A stretch of 64,000 nucleotides of DNA from Somniosus microcephalus (lineage: Eukaryota), in contig CM126203.1 in assembly GCA_052327205.1 (NCBI GenBank), forward strand, positions 313,658,001 through 313,722,000, written 5' to 3'. Under the pieces are notes generated by a model. The model made no database searches. It was not told the DNA's origin and worked only from the letters and a program-made list of their open reading frames with translations. Position numbers and translations under genes: made by a program. Below, piece by piece: positions 50,263 to 62,802 of this stretch. Numbering within the stretch: the stretch's first letter is position 1; each line of letters starts with the position of its first letter.

Positions 50263-51102
50263 GGGGGTGATTTTCATTCAGAAGTCAGGAAGGAGGCGGG
50301 ACTACAACTTTTGGGGTTGTAGTCCCGCCTCCATCGAGATGCGGCCAATCCATGCATTTTTTCTTCCTTGACCTTGTTGAGCCCACCAGCTGGCTCAGCA
50401 GGCCAATTAAGGGCTACCCAGAAACAGGTGACGTCACAGACTGAAATTTCATCTGTCAAGACGTTTTGACAGATGAAATATCAGTGTTTGACAGCTGTTT
50501 GAAGCTGTCAAACACTGACAGTCTTACTTCTAACCCGAGTCCTTCTACACAGACTTAGTTAGAAATCTCACTGGCACAGAAAGCTGCAGGCTGTCACTTT
50601 TGACAGATCGCAGCCATTCTGCTTTCTGTGCCGGTGAGATGATGGACTCCCGAAACCTAGAGGAAGGAAGGCTGTAAAGGTAAGTACAGGTAATTTAAAC
50701 TTCTTTACACACTTTAGACACACCAAACACACTTACCTTTGCACTCATGCACACATCACTCACCTGAACACCGACATCTCGACCCCTCCAAGTCCTTCAA
50801 CCCGACGGCCCGACTCCTCTAACTTGGCGTGGTTTGGAGCCATCGGGAATCCCACAGTTCAAGCTTTAAAATAGGGATTAGGCTAAAAACTGCCTGTTAA
50901 CTACCTGTTAACAGGCAGTTAATTGGCACTAATCCCTTCCCGCCTCGGGTAGGCGGGTCCCAGTGCGGGGCGGGTACCCGCCTCCTTTGAAACTTACATG
51001 GAGGCGGGTTGAGGGCGGGATGGTGTCGAGACCCCCGAATTCGGGACTTTAACCCCCCGCACGCCTCCAATCCCGACTCCACGGGTCAATGAAAATCGAC
51101 AC
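50263..51102. mobile_element. MITE, sister of 28367-29207
   Basis: Colinear high similarity; imperfect TIR GGGGGTGATTTTCATT/AATGAAAATCGACACC. Confidence 0.82.
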
Positions 51103-52055
51103 CCATGTCTCTGTAATGGCTACATCAAACCCATTTATCTCTATTTCTGCCACTTGACCTTTTTCTCTGCTGCACTGCTACCGTTAAACTCTCTGACCCT
51201 TCATATCACACTCTGCTTATTTTTACCCAAATCGCTAGACTGTTCTATTGCCTTGACCTTTCGCTTTAGATTTCTAAATTTCCTCTCACCTGACTCCTCC
51301 CCCCACTTTTTTAGTTTAAAGCCCTATCCACAGCCCTAGTTATTCGATTCGCCAGGACGCTAGTCCCAGCCTAGTTTAAGTGAAGCCCGTCCCGACGGAA
51401 CAGCTCCCTCTTTCCCCAGTACTGGATATTCAACAGCCACCATCACTTTCGGCAGAAAATCCCAGAGGTGGTGACATACATTGGGGAACCAGCAGGTCAG
51501 ATCTACACCAAATTCTCCTTTGATGCAAAACAAGCAAAATAAAGACGGAAAATCTGGACCACCATGTCCAGTATTTTACGTGTATACAAACCACTCACTA
51601 CATTAACTCAAACTGAAGTGAACACGCCCCAAAGCAGTCTGCCAGAGGAGACTATTTGCCAAGGACAGTGTATTTAGGAAAGTAAAATGAATGACGTTGA
51701 CTTGTTAAATTTAGATGTTCGCACGTGAAACTGTTCTACAAATGAGTCTCTCTCTACTTCAGTTATTGTTTTCTATATTGAGAAAGTAAAACTATATAGT
51801 TTTCCATTCTGGTTTCACTCTCGTCGCTGAGTCAGATGGTTGTGTGCTCAAGCCCCATTCTACAGATTTGAGCAGGTAATCCAGACTGACACCTCAGTGC
51901 AGTATTGTGGGAGTGCTGCACTGTTGAACGTGTCATCTTTCGAATGAGATATTAAACTGAGTCCCCATCCACCTCTTAGGTGGACGTAAAAGTTCCCATG
52001 GCGAGCAGGGGAGTTCTCCCCAGTGTCCTCGCCAATATTTATCCTTAAAAACAGA

Positions 52056-53059
52056 GGGGGAAAAATTCAGTTGGTTTGCGCCTCCCGTTAGCGCCTTAAG
52101 AGGGCGCTAATGGGGCGCAAAGCAACTAGCGCCCGGGCGCGGCGATGTTTGCGCTGCTCGCGAAATTAACTAGACATTTTGCGGCGGCGCTAAACACTAC
52201 CGCCACGATCTCCTGCGCCGGCAGATTGTGATGTCAGTCGAGTGCACAACGCCCCGGTAGCGCCCTGGCCCGGATATTGAGTGGCACCCCCTGCCTTACC
52301 GCCTGCCGCTAGCAACGACAGGTTGAGGGGAGCATTTTGCAGTCAGAAAGGGGCTGGGGGAGTGCTATTTAAAGGCGACCGCTTCCTGCCTTTTTTTGCT
52401 AGTGACATTTTTGCACCACGCATTCTGAGAGAGAGAGAGAGAGACTTCTGGAGAGATTCAATGCTGTGTGAAGGAGTTTTGAGCACTGAGCAGCACTTTG
52501 CAGGTTCATTTTGATTTACCCTTCCTTGTATCGATTTAGAAGAGACTGTGGGGGCTGCACTCTGAGCTCTTTCCCTGGGCCTCTCCATTGTTCTTTCCAG
52601 CAGATTTGATGTACAGGTCTCTCCAGGCCGAGATTCAAGGCTGCAATGAGTAGGATGTGGATGGAGACCAAAATCAACCCTCCCCTTTAAAATAAAAATA
52701 GAAAATGCTGGAGAAACTCAGCAGGTCAAGCAGCATCTGTGAAGAGAGAAACAGAGTTAACGTTTCAGGTCGATGACCTTTCGTCAGAACTCCCCTTTAA
52801 GAACTGGCCGGCGCCAGTGTGTCTGTGTTCCATTGCTGACTGACATCACATGAGCTTCGCCAGCGCTCTGAGGTAACACCTCGCTCCTCGGCCTTTGCGC
52901 CTTAAGACAGGTGTGAAGCGCCTGATTTAGCGCTCCAATCACCTCCCGGGGTGATAAAAACCAAGTTTGCCGTCGGAGGTGATAATTAGCGGAAAGCGCT
53001 AAACTTTGCGCATGGCCAATAATGGCGCCCCAAACGGGGCGACACTGTATTTTTCCCCC
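52056..53059. mobile_element. GC-rich MITE, PIF/Harbinger-type, containing a Penelope-tail insertion
   Basis: TIR GGGGGAAAAAT/ATTTTTCCCCC, TSD AGA; insertion 52691-52790 flanked by TCCCCTTTAA duplication. Confidence 0.82.
52754..52792 (-). ncRNA. Minimal type I hammerhead ribozyme motif with intact core
   Basis: GAGTT-CTGACGA-AAGGTC-ATC-GACCT-GAAA-CG-TT-AACTC: helix I GAGUU/AACUC, CUGANGA, stem II, GAAA, palindromic ACGU stem III. Confidence 0.68.
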
Positions 53060-54667
53060 AGATTACCTGATCATTTACCTCACTGCTGTTCGTGGGACCT
53101 TGCTGTGGGCAAACTGGCTGCCATGTTTACTACAATACAACACTGACTTCACTTCAAAAGTACTTCATTGGCTGTGAAGCACTTTGGGATGTCCTGAAGT
53201 CATGGTGCTATATAAATTCAGGTTCTTTCTTTAACAGAAATCTCAGGGCTTGGGAGCAACAGCCAGAAGATCCCTAAAGCTGATAGTCAAAATGCAGCTG
53301 CCAATCTCATATGCCTGCAGCCGTGTTCCTGTTTCCACATCTGGCTCCACCAGGGACACAGGCCTGTGCCGAGGGTACAGTTCCTGGTGCAGGAAATTTA
53401 GGTGATCCCTTGGGTATGCTGTGCCTGTTTGGCATCTAGGAGAAGAAAATTGGCCCTTTCATGTGCTGCCCCTTTAAGCCACTGCAGGCCACCAAAATCC
53501 AAACGTCTAAAACAAGATGAAATGATGCCCCTCCTTCATGCCACAGGTGACCTGTTCATTGCTCTCCACCAATGCTGATCTGTATCTAGATGCAAGGTGG
53601 TGCATCGGAGCAAGCTAGTTTAAAGCTTCCCCCCAATTTCTCAACAATTTAGTATTTACCTCAAACATTCAATTTACCAGCAAAAAAATGACAGTAGAAA
53701 AAGAATAAATACTGCACATTTACTAAGAGGCAAATGTAACACATACTCTAATGACAGGCCTGCTGTGCAGATGTGTGAATCAGCCTGTATTTGGTTTGAC
53801 CTGATTTGACCTTAGCACGTTGAACTCGAGGCTGGATCCATAGCATGAACATTTGGACTTTTTGTTTTGTGGAAGGGAGAATTCTGAGATTTCACGAGGA
53901 CTTTTACCCTGATCCAACGAACCTAAGTCAGACTGGCTCTGATTTCCGGCCCAGACATCTTGTCCATCCCCACTGTGCTGCATGTCAAACATCAAAAAGG
54001 AAGCTGTGCTTTCAAAGCATTTACTAGAGTGAAGGGAGCAAAGCTAAATACAGCTGTTATCTATATTTAAAAAAAAGATACGGTAACAAATCCCTAATCT
54101 ATGAACAGTTTGCCACACAATCCATAAACATATTTGTGAGGAATTTGCAGCATAAAACAGGCCACTGCTAAAGGAGGCTCCCCCTTTATATCCAGGCAGA
54201 TGGCCTTGTTTGCTTCAATCCCACACTTTACTTTAAATTCTTACACTCCACATGGCTCTATTTACTTAGGTCATTATCCACCATATGTAGCTCCAGGAGA
54301 ATGTATAAGTGTTTTGTTTAGCAAGAGGGTTTTGTCCTCCATCGGTCCTCCAAGTGTGTTGTACAACCTGACATTAATCTGTAGCTGGTACTTCAATCAT
54401 AAGATCATTTGCCTTCTGGAGTGCGTGTTTGAGCAGGATGTGACAGCATACCACTGCCCATTGCTTTGAACACACCATAGATACATTTTTTTTTTAAACC
54501 CGTGGACAGTTTGGCAGCCCGACGGACCTCATTAACCACAGAGATCTCTGAGTGCGTGAGAATGATCTCAGCGGTAGTTGTTGACACAATCGTGCTTTTC
54601 AAGGGGCTGAGCTATAGGCTCTTGAGGAGAGCCCTTCCTATGTGCTCTGTGGCTTCTAAGCAAATCT

Positions 54668-54930
54668 AGAATTATAGAAACTTGCAGCACAGAAGGCGGC
54701 CATTCGGCCTATCGTCTCTGTGCTGCCTCTTTGAAAGAGCAGTCGTGCTTTGTTCCCCCCTCCCCCGTTTTGTCCGTAACCCTGTAGGTTCCTCATCCTC
54801 AATCACCTGCCCAACTCCCTTTTAAAATTATTAATTAATGGAATCAGCTTCCACCACCTTTTTAGCTAGAGCGTTCCAGATCCCGACAACTCACTGAGCG
54901 AAAAGATTTCTCCTCATCTCCCCTCTAGAA
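54668..54930 (-). mobile_element. CR1 LINE 3' fragment
   Basis: Resembles the tails at 8390 and 6261 (GCACAGAAGGCGGCCATTCGGCC...TCCACCACC...TTCCAGATCC). Confidence 0.7.
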
Positions 54931-56977
54931 CAAATATGTATGGGAGCCTTTACAAAAAGAAGCTGTTTACAGCATTGAGATTTCTACAATGCCAATTATT
55001 TTTCTTTAAAGACAGCAGCTGAACAAAGGAACAAATAATTCTGTTACTACCAATGCCTTCAACAACACGCCCTGAAATCAGGGCATGGAATGCTAGTGTC
55101 TGCTATTTTAGCAGACAGAGGAATTTCACATGAACTTGCGAAGTGTTCGAACTTCCAAAGTATAATTTCAGGATCATAGTGCAGGTTACCCCAGCGGCCC
55201 AGATAGTAAATGCATTATTTTGGGTGGAGTTGAGTCACACTGGCCAGGAAGGTGTAAGGTTTGATTCCTGGTCTGTGCTGAGTTAACTAATTTCAGCCAG
55301 AGTGGCGATTGGGGCAGTAAACTAGCCTTCAGTTTCCCTGGGCGAGTAAGCGGATAATTTAAACATGGCTTCTACTCATAATCAATGAGACTTTGTGCTT
55401 TTCATGGGCTGTATTTGTTGCATGTGGTCCATAGAGTTCTATGAAGTCAGGAGGACTCCACTGAAAATCTAACAATCAATGCAAAATGCTAGAGAATTTG
55501 TTGATATAATTCACAGGTCCCCTGCTGTGTGCAAATTGGCTGTCGCGTTTCCTACATTACAACAGTGACTACACTTCAAAAATACTCAATTGGCTGTAAA
55601 AAGCACTTTGGGATGTCCTGACGTCATGAAGGGTGTTATATAATGCAAGTCACTTTTTCACTATTCACTGATCTCTGCTGGAATTGGCACTTGTGCAGCC
55701 CCAGCGTCCAGAGTCACATCAAAGAATGGTCACCCGTGGGAGGTAGCAGAGGGTGCACAGCTCCTCCCCACTCATTAGGATTCCACTTTTACTTTCACTG
55801 AAGTGTGTGTCGCTCACTATGTGAAGAAGCAAAAGCTAAATCACTGATTAAACTGTCGCCCAGTATTGATATCGCAGCAAGAGCAAAGAATGCCCATGAT
55901 ATGCAGCAAACTGCCGGTGAGATCAAAAAGAAAGCGGACTAGGTCCTTAAACAGGCAAATCAAATGCAACACAGCTCAGCTGGAGTTTGCTTATCTCAAG
56001 CAGTTTTGTGTGACTAAACTGTGTGCACTGAGGCAGCATTTACAAAGGGTTTACTCAGTTGAAATAACAGAGCTTTTACCAGCCCAAGATCAGAAAAGGT
56101 GACAAAATGGTTAAATAGACAATTAAGAGTCTGAACTGCAGGAAACTTGTTAGGGAAAATGTCCCGTACACTTCCAGGTGTCTACATTATCACTAGTTTG
56201 GTGGCCATGGGTGAAGCTGGCCACGCAAGTGCAACTGGGCAGAATCTGCAAATCTAAAATATGTTTTTTGACCACTTATTTGAACCTTGACCTCTAACCT
56301 TTTGGAATATGTGGTAGACTGACCACCTGATTAAAATTTGAATGATTCATATTGTCCTCTGTGGAAAATGTAGCAGCTGAAGTCTTTTAATTTGGCCAGT
56401 TAACCCTTTCATTACCTTTCCAGTCTGTTATTGCAATCCAAATTATTACTGATGCCACCCACCTTCTTTTTCTTTTGCCATTTTTCTCTCCTCCTCCCCA
56501 GAAGGGGCTGAGTCTTGCTGGAGTACGGATTTACAATCCTTCAATATACTGTCTATTCTTCAGAGCTCGGTACTGATCTGTACAGTCCCAGATTCGATCT
56601 CAAATCTGTGCTGAGTTAAGTGAACTCAGGCAGGATGGCAATACAACAACAACTTGCATTTATATAGCACCTTAATGCAGTTAAATGTCCCAAGGCGCTT
56701 CACAGGAGCGTAATCAGAAAAAAATTGACACCGAGCCAACAAAAGAGTCGTTAGGACAGGTGACCAAAAGCTTGTTCAAAGAGGTTGGTTTTAAGGAACG
56801 TCTTAATGGAGGAGAGAGAGGTGGAGAGGTTAAGGGCGGGAATTCCAGAGCATAGGGCCTAGATAGCTGAAGGCACGGCCACCACTGGTGAGGCAAAGGA
56901 AATGGAGGATACAAGAGGCCAGAGTTGGAGGAACATAGACTTCTCAGAGAGTTGTAGGGCTGGAGGAGGTTACAGAG

Positions 56978-59900
56978 TGTCTTGTTTTGCACACTTCGTA
57001 CAAAAATAATAAATTGCAGGACAACGGAGTATTACAGTTCAAACTCTTTTATGAAGCATCAGGTCTGTGATGTTTCTCATACAGCACCGTGTGGCCAAGA
57101 TGGAGTTAGGCCCCTGGGTCTTCCAAAACAATAGTAGTCCTTACAGATGCCTGCAGGCCAATGACAACTCAGCATGTGATCACATGTGAATATAATAGGT
57201 ATTCCTTACAGATGCCTGCGGGCCAATGATAATTCAATATGCAAATGTTACATCCCCTTTCTTTTAAAAGAAAAATGTTATGCATTACTTTTGAACCTTT
57301 CTTCTACATAATGTTCTCAGTAGCATCAACATATAAGTAAACTCAACATTTAACTAGCACTGAAAACATCTCAACGTTTCAATAACGATGTACAGTTTTT
57401 TTTTAGGGCAGCGATCCACCTACACCCTTTGACAGTTCACAAGTCAAGGATAACTCTAGGCTTGACCTCTCGTCCTGACCTTGTGTGGTATGGAACTGAG
57501 CATGCTCCTGAATCGGTCAACAAATCAGGTTCAGGTTTAGGTTCAGGTAAGTATGATGTGTTTTGTGTATTGCTCTGTTCATCACACTCTGTTGAACTGA
57601 TCCTCTCGTCGGAATGACGGTGTTGTTCCTTGGTGTTCAGGAGGTGCCTGCGATTGCGGCGGTACACCTGTCCTTCTGGGGTGCGGACGTGATACGATCA
57701 CTCAGTGTCAGCTGGCTGGATGGCGACTGCTGGCTTCCAGTAGTCATGCTCCTGGATTCTGATGGATTCTCCATTGTGCAGCGACGGCAGTAGTCTAGCT
57801 GACCTGTCATAGTATCTCTTTTGGTGTTGCTGTCTCTGTACATGTTTTGCATGCACTTGCTTGCAGCCGATGACCTCTGCCTGCAGCTGCTGGTTGGTGC
57901 TTGAGCGAAGTCTGCGGCTCATCAACAGCTGTGCTGGTGACTTGAAGTTGTCAACCAGAGTGTTGCGGTACTCAAGGCGACTGATGTAGGGGCCTCTTTT
58001 GTCCGCTTTGGCTTTGTCCATGAGTGTTTTTGCAATCTGGACAGTTTTTTCAGCAAGGCCATTACTTTGAGGGTAATGTGGGCTTGATGTGACATGTGTG
58101 AAATCCCATGCCTTGGCAAACGACTCGAACTCTTTTGATTTGTATTGGGGGCCATTGTCTGAGACTAAAGTCTCTACCATGCCATGCCTGGCAAAGGCTG
58201 CCTTTAGCTTGTGGATCACAGCTGCAAATGTGGTGCTGTGAAGCTTGTCCAGTTCAAAAAATCTGCTGTAGTAATCAACAGTCACTATGTAGTCCTCGTT
58301 GTTCCATGTGAACAGATCCGTTGCTACGACCTGCCAGGGCCTGTCTGGGATACGGTGAGGTATCATGGGCTCTTTGACATTTGATGGGTGGCGTTCTAGA
58401 CAAATGGAACATTTTCCGACAATGTCCTCAATGTCTTTGCACATTCCAGGCCAAAACATAATGTCACGTGCTCTTTGTTTGCATTTTTCCATGCCCATAT
58501 GTCCAGCATGAATTTTTGTCAACATCTCTTCTCTGAGACTGGTAGGAATGATGATTTTCTCCCCTTTGAAGACAAGTCTGTTGATTTGTGACAGTTTGTC
58601 TCTGTGGTTCCAGAATTCAGATATGCTCTGAGGGCATTTCCTCCTTTCCTCAGGCCATCCTTCATGTATGACTTTGCTCAGCAGTGTGAGTTGTGCATCT
58701 TTCTCTGTTTCCGATCAGATCGCCTTCAGTTTTGAGTCACTCACAGGTAAGCTGTTGTACTCCATGAGCACCTGCACATCCATGCCTTCACTGAGGCTGC
58801 TGTCCTGGTAGCTAAGAGACTTTCTGGCGAGCGTGTCTGCGACAGGAATGTCTTTGCCTGGATGGTGAATGATTGTGAAGTCGTACTTCTGTAGCTGAAG
58901 GATCATTCTCTGTAGCCTTGGTGGGGCTGCGGCTAGTGGTTTCCTCATGATTGACTCGAGGGGCTTGTGGTCGGATTCCACAATGACTTGTCAGCCATAG
59001 ACGTACTGGTGGAAATGCTTACATCCAAACAGAATTGCATATAGCTCTTTCTCGATTTGAGCATAGTTGATTTCACTGTCTGTGAGAGATCTGGAAGCGT
59101 AGCCGATGGGCTTTCCTTCTTGCAATAATACTGCGCCTAGTCCATACTTTGACGCGTCCACTTGTAGTCTGAGCTCTTTGTTGGGGTTGAAGTAGGCAAG
59201 AACTGGTCCTGGTTCTCTGGTGATTAGGTCTTTCATTTTCTGAAATGCTGTGTCATGTTGTTTGTCCCACAGGAACTCATTGGATCATTTGAGCAACTGA
59301 CACATGGGTGCGTTGATTTCGGAGAGGCTCGGGGCAAACTTGGCTAAGTAGTTAACCATGCCTAGTACTGTCTCTAGCTCTGCGCGGTTCTTCGGCCACT
59401 CCATCTTCTTGATGGCGGAGATTTCCTCTGGATCCGGCTTAATGCCATCAGTTGAGAATCGATGCCTGAAATAACTGATCTCGGTGGATCCGATTATGCT
59501 TTTCTCGGGGTTGAGCCGGATACCTTTCTCCCGTGATCTTTGTAGCATCGCACAGAAGTTCCTGTCATGTTCCTCTCTAATCCTGCCATAGATGAGGATG
59601 TCGTCTACAATTGCGACTACTCCGTCCAGGCCTTCATAGGTTTCGTCGATCTTCCGCTGGAATTCATCCTGAGCTGAGATAAGACCAAATGGTAAACGCA
59701 GAAATCGGTAGCATCCAAATGGTGTGTTGAACGTTAGCTTAGATGACTCTTCCGTGAGCTTGATAGTCCAGTATCCTGATCGTGCGTCCATTACACTGAA
59801 GTAACGTGCTCCCACTAGCTTGGGTGTGATGTCATCTAGCGTTGGTAGAGGGTAGTGAGGGCGTTTGATAGCCTTGTTCAAATCTCTGGGGTCGAGACAG

Positions 59901-61699
59901 ACTCTGAGCTTGCCTGTACGTGGTTTCTCAACCAATACTAATGCGTTGACCCACTCTGTCGGTTCTGTTTCCCGGACGATGATTTCTGTATTCTCCATGC
60001 TCTGCAGCTCCTCCTTCAGGCGACTACGTAGAGCAAGGGGTATCCTTCTCGGTGGGCAAACCACAGGGGTTGCTGCTGGGTCAAGGTGAATAGTGCATTC
60101 ACCTGGGAATAGTCTGATTCATTTGAAAACATCAGCAAACTCCTCCATGACTGTCTGCTTCTCAACTGGTGCTGTCAATGATAGCACTAGCTCTACGAGG
60201 TCCATGTCTAAACATGCCTTTAGACCTAGCACTGGAGGTGCTCGAGTGTCAACAATGTAAAAGTCCAACATCATGTCGCTTTCTTTGTACTTGCATTTCA
60301 TCACGCATTGCCTTTTACAATGAGCTGCTCACCCCCATAGCCGGTCAGTCTGTGTGAGGTGGGCTGTAGCTCACACTCATCCTTCAAGCTGTGATACTCA
60401 CTCAGAGGAATTACGTTAACCTGAGATCCAGTGTCTAGTTTAAACTTAAGCTCTTTGCCCTGTTTTCCTATCTCAATATCGGCATAGGCTTGCTCAGTCT
60501 CTGAAATCTGTTTTTTCTGTGACACAGAATCAATAAACAGTTCCTCTGCATTTGGCTCTCTATCTGGCATTTGGCTGTCACTCACTGTGTGTACTGTTTT
60601 TCCAAAAGCAGTCCTGCAGACTTTAGCAAAGTGGTTCCGTTTACCACATTTAGTACATTGCCTTCCTTTGGCAGGGCAGTACTCCTTTTCTCCATGCCAG
60701 TTGTTTCCACAATATCCACAGTTTTTGAAGTGTTTTATGTCTGTGTCGCCCATTTTTAGAACTCTCTCTCTTTCTGTTCTGAAACACGTTTTCTGGGCGG
60801 TGTTCTTTGGTGTGTGTCTATTAACTGCGTGCACTGTCTGTTCACTCGAACTGTTCGTGGCGCCGGTTATGGTTTTCAACTGTGCTTGGGCTATCTCATG
60901 CGATCTAGCTATGTCCATAGCTTTGTCCACCTTTAGCCCGGACCCAACATTCAAAAGTTTCTCTCTCACTTTAGCTGAATGTATTCCAAACATGATGCGG
61001 TCTCTGACCATCTCATCTTTATCGGCATATTCAAAGTCTTTTACCAGTAGTTTTAACTCATTCACGAACTGTTCAAACGACTCACTAGCTCCTTGTACTT
61101 TCTCCTGAATCTTGTACCTAGCAAATATCGTATTTGTCTTGGGCATCACATATGCTTCAAAACGGTCAAAATAACTTTTCAGTACCTTTGCTTCGTCCGC
61201 GGTGAGAGACCATGTGTTAAAAATGTCTCTCCCTTTTTCTCAGATCCATAGGAGTAGGTAGCTGCATCTTTCTTCCTCCCCTTTGTTTTTCAACGGGCCC
61301 GAGAACATTAACTCCACGTGCTGCTTCAACTTGCACCATTCTCTATGTAAGTTCAAAGATTCCCAATTCATTCGAGGTAAGGGAGCTCCAACGATGTCCA
61401 TTTCAAATCCCTGTTCTGACAACATGTCTTGTTTTGCACACTTTGTACAAAAATAATAAATTGCAGGACAACGGAGTATTACAGTTTAAACTCTTTTATG
61501 AAGCATCAGGTCTGTGATGTTTCTCATACAGCACCGTGTGGCCAAGATGGAGTTAGGACCCTGGGTCTTCCAAAACAATAGTAGTCCTTACAGATGCCTG
61601 CAGGCCAATGACAACTCAGCATGTGATCACATGTGAATATAATAGGTATTCCTTACAGATGCCTGCGGGCCAATGATAATTCAATATGCAAATGTTACA
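56978..61699 (-). mobile_element. Full-length Ty3/Gypsy LTR retrotransposon (element 3), inactivated
   Basis: 275-bp LTRs 56978-57252 and 61425-61699 (3 mismatches), TSD CAGAG, PPT 57253-57265, PBS TGTTGTCAGAA (tRNA-Leu(CAA)-like, 1 mismatch). Confidence 0.97.
57437..61403 (-). pseudogene. Gypsy gag-pol (Gag, CCHC, PR, RT, RNaseH, IN) with six in-frame TGA stops and one frameshift
   Basis: LDTGSQVN; LRVCLDPRDLN, RLPFGL, IVDDIL; VDASKYGLG, YAQIEKE, SDHKPL; HAGHMG, ATDLF, SDNGPQ, GLAEK; ends TRSGREVKPRVILDL. Confidence 0.95.
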
Positions 61700-62489
61700 C
61701 AGAGATAGGAAGCGGCGAGTCCATGGAGGGAAATGAATACAAAGATGAGAATTTTAAATAATACTATAATTGGTTTCAGTGTTCATGGGCTAGAGAGGGC
61801 AAAAGTCGGGATCTCTGATCAATAGCCAGTGATTCCTTGCTGTAAAATATGCTTGTGCATGGTTTTCAGGTGAAGACTGACTCACCCATGATGATCCACA
61901 TGGTCGAACAACCTGCTAATACTCAATATCAAGGCTCACACATGAAGAATGGCTACATGGGTGAGAGGCCAGAGGTCAGCCAGTGCCCTTGGAACTGTAG
62001 TTAAGCATGAGTTAATGATTTGAGGAGAGGAGGAGGAGAACATCAGAGTGGAAAAAAACTAGCTAAAAAGGCATATTGTTGCTCACTTCCACAGCGATCA
62101 TGTCAGATACCAATAATGCTGCACTGCGGCACATATGATATCTGCTGCATCACAAACCACTGCAATGTGGATTTAATAGGAATTCTTTAAACTTTATTTT
62201 CCATTTTTATTTAATAATACACACAAGAAGGAATCCACTGTTTGTCTGCCTTTTGGAAGGAGAAAATTGCACCTGGTTATGAGACTATACATCAAAGAAG
62301 TTAAAAGATTAAAAGCTCTGCTGTGGTATCATTAATGCAGCAATATAAAAGACTGATTGTCAGTCAGAGAGAAAAAAGAATTGGGTGAGCCTGACAAAGC
62401 TGTCATTCAAAAAGTATAAAAAGGGGGAGAAGAATTAGGCAGGTTGTCAGTGCTGGCCGAAGCACAAAACAACGGGCTGGACTGTCAAA

Positions 62490-62700
62490 CTGGTTCCTAA
62501 GCTCTGGAATTCCCTACCAAAACCTCTCCGCATCTCTATCTCCCGCTCCTCCTTAAAACCTACCTCTTTGAGCAAGCTTTTGGTCACCTGTCCTAATCTC
62601 TCCTTATGAGTCACATTTTGTTTGATAATCGCTCCTGCGAAGCGCCTTGGGACACTGTACAAAGTTAAAGGTGCTAGATGAGGGAAGTTGTTGTTGTACT
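62490..62700 (+). mobile_element. L2 LINE 3' tail
   Basis: CCTAAGCTCTGGAATTCCCTACCAAAACCTCTCC...GAAGCGCCTTGGGAC...(TTG)n. Confidence 0.7.
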
Positions 62701-62802
62701 AAGGATATGCTCCTGCCCTCTTTCACACAGTCAAGAAGAAAATCCTCCCCTGAGTTTCAGCAGGTTATTCACCCCTCGGGGAGCATCAGGACCAAACGTG
62801 AT

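Larger units (their letters stand above)
43933..51440 (-). mobile_element. Long CR1 LINE (APE + RT), split by two MITEs and a younger CR1
   Basis: MGDFNLHIDW, KSPGPDGLHPRVLKE, YLDYQKAFDKVPH, FADDTK and the CR1 C-terminus are contiguous once 44832-45541, 45584-48404 and 50263-51102 are removed. Confidence 0.9.
51825..53230 (+). mobile_element. Deu-domain SINE interrupted by the 52056-53059 MITE
   Basis: SINE head and core before 52055; AGATTACCTGATCATT...tail after 53060. Confidence 0.78.
56644..61760 (-). mobile_element. L2 3' fragment interrupted by Gypsy element 3
   Basis: (CAA)n tail at 56644 and LCNLLQPYNSLRSLCSSNSG; continues after 61704 as ATAGGAAGCGGCGAGTCCATGGAGG. Confidence 0.75.

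Noticed and set aside
57437-61403. TGA recoding (selenocysteine or readthrough) of the six stops
   Set aside because: Stops fall at apparent Arg/Gly positions, a frameshift co-occurs and CpG decay is evident; simple mutation suffices.
56978-61699. Element 3 as the autonomous helper of elements 1 or 2
   Set aside because: LTR sequences are unrelated and Gag is only distantly similar; this copy is also dead.
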